This document shows, one piece after another, positions 1-210 of a DNA stretch of 210 nucleotides. The DNA is taken from NCBI RefSeq assembly GCF_003334785.1, contig NZ_QOWV01000096.1. One strand, 5' to 3'. The translations under genes were made by a program, and so were the position numbers. Source of the DNA: Escherichia coli (lineage in GTDB: Bacteria > Pseudomonadota > Gammaproteobacteria > Enterobacterales > Enterobacteriaceae). How positions within the stretch are numbered: the stretch's first letter is position 1; each line of letters begins with the position of its first letter. The notes below the pieces were generated by a model. It worked only from the letters and a program-made list of their open reading frames with translations. It searched no databases and had not been told where the DNA came from.

Positions 1-29
1 AGAAAATATCCGGCGGGTTCCGGAGCGCC
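1..29 (-). terminator. Candidate rho-independent terminator for the reverse-strand gene
   Basis: Plus 9-13 tccgg pairs with plus 20-24 ccgga (5-bp GC-rich stem, 6-nt loop cgggtt). An alternative stem is 12-15 ggcg with 26-29 cgcc. Read on the minus strand, the hairpin is followed directly by tattttct (reverse complement of plus 1-8), six T in eight. The stem is short and the T-tract is interrupted, so this is a marginal call. Confidence 0.35.
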
Positions 30-61
30 AGTCTGTAGGTTTATCCATCAATAGAACTCCG

Positions 62-100
62 TCTAATTTAGAAGGAGCTCTAATTTAGTCTGCAAGGAGC
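62..100. repeat. Imperfect tandem direct repeat: tctaatttag + aaggagc, then tctaatttag + tctgc + aaggagc
   Basis: Exact 10-bp tctaatttag at 62-71 and 79-88; exact 7-bp aaggagc at 72-78 and 94-100. The second unit carries an extra tctgc (89-93). Seen directly in the sequence; biological role unknown. Confidence 0.6.
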
Positions 101-210
101 AGGTGTTACAGACGGCATTGGCTTTACGCTTACTTTCATCTCCAGCTTTTCCAGAACAAGCTTTCGCAATGGTAAATTTTGATCCAGTAAGCACGGTTTT
201 GGCCTTTTCG
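63..210 (-). CDS. 3' end of a protein-coding gene, truncated at the window edge; hypothetical protein, Lys/Ala-rich C-terminus with three Cys
   Basis: Reverse-strand ORF with codons running from plus 209 down to 66 and a TAG stop at plus 65-63 (plus-strand cta). Visible translation: EKAKTVLTGSKFTIAKACSGKAGDESKRKANAVCNTCSLQTKLELLLN*. The frame is open at the window edge, so the 5' end is outside. Supporting: a hairpin plus T-tract lies about 38 nt downstream on the same strand, and plus-strand alternatives lack a correctly spaced start codon. Against: no homology recognised, and other frames are also open over much of this span. Confidence 0.45.
   Translation of the reverse strand, partial: EKAKTVLTGSKFTIAKACSGKAGDESKRKANAVCNTCSLQTKLELLLN

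Noticed and set aside
9-25. tRNA T-arm-like gggttccgg
   Set aside because: No surrounding cloverleaf is evident: no acceptor stem pairing, no D-arm or anticodon arm, and the loop does not match the T-loop consensus.
36-70. Sigma-70-type promoter (-35/-10) in the AT-rich stretches, such as taattt at 65-70 with ttatcc near 41-46
   Set aside because: Matches to the consensus hexamers are poor on both strands and the spacing is not convincing; it is indistinguishable from background AT-rich sequence.
2-88. Plus-strand frame-2 ORF open from the window start to the tag at 86-88 (ENIRRVPERQSVGLSINRTPSNLEGALI*), possibly the 3' end of a convergent gene
   Set aside because: It would run straight through the GC-rich hairpin and overlap the reverse-strand ORF's 3' end by about 26 nt. 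Nothing supports it beyond being open, and short open frames of this length are expected by chance.
62-88. The 10-bp direct repeats as a target-site duplication flanking a mobile element
   Set aside because: Only 7 bp separate the two copies, which leaves no room for an inserted element; a slippage duplication is the simpler explanation.
62-100. CRISPR-like repeat-spacer structure
   Set aside because: The repeats are 7-10 bp with 5-7 bp between them, far below CRISPR repeat and spacer lengths, and there are only two copies.
121-166. Short direct repeats agcttt (144-149 and 159-164) and gctttac/gcttac (121-133)
   Set aside because: On the reverse strand these are repeated Lys-Ala and Lys codon pairs (aaa gct, aag cgt aaa), so they reflect amino-acid composition rather than a separate element.

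Overview
210-bp window, about 45% GC. Best-supported reading: the 3' end of a reverse-strand protein-coding gene (plus 63-210, 48 C-terminal codons visible, no family recognised), followed by a modest hairpin plus T-tract that could be its intrinsic terminator (plus 1-24). Just inside the gene's 3' end lies a small imperfect tandem repeat (62-100) that puts stop codons in all six frames and carries two AAGGAG Shine-Dalgarno-like motifs on the plus strand, neither with a suitably spaced start codon. Strand assignment is uncertain because every frame is open across roughly 89-172. I see no evidence here for a mobile element, CRISPR array, RNA gene or a definable novel system; 210 bp is too short to support a system-level claim, and nothing was searched against any database.
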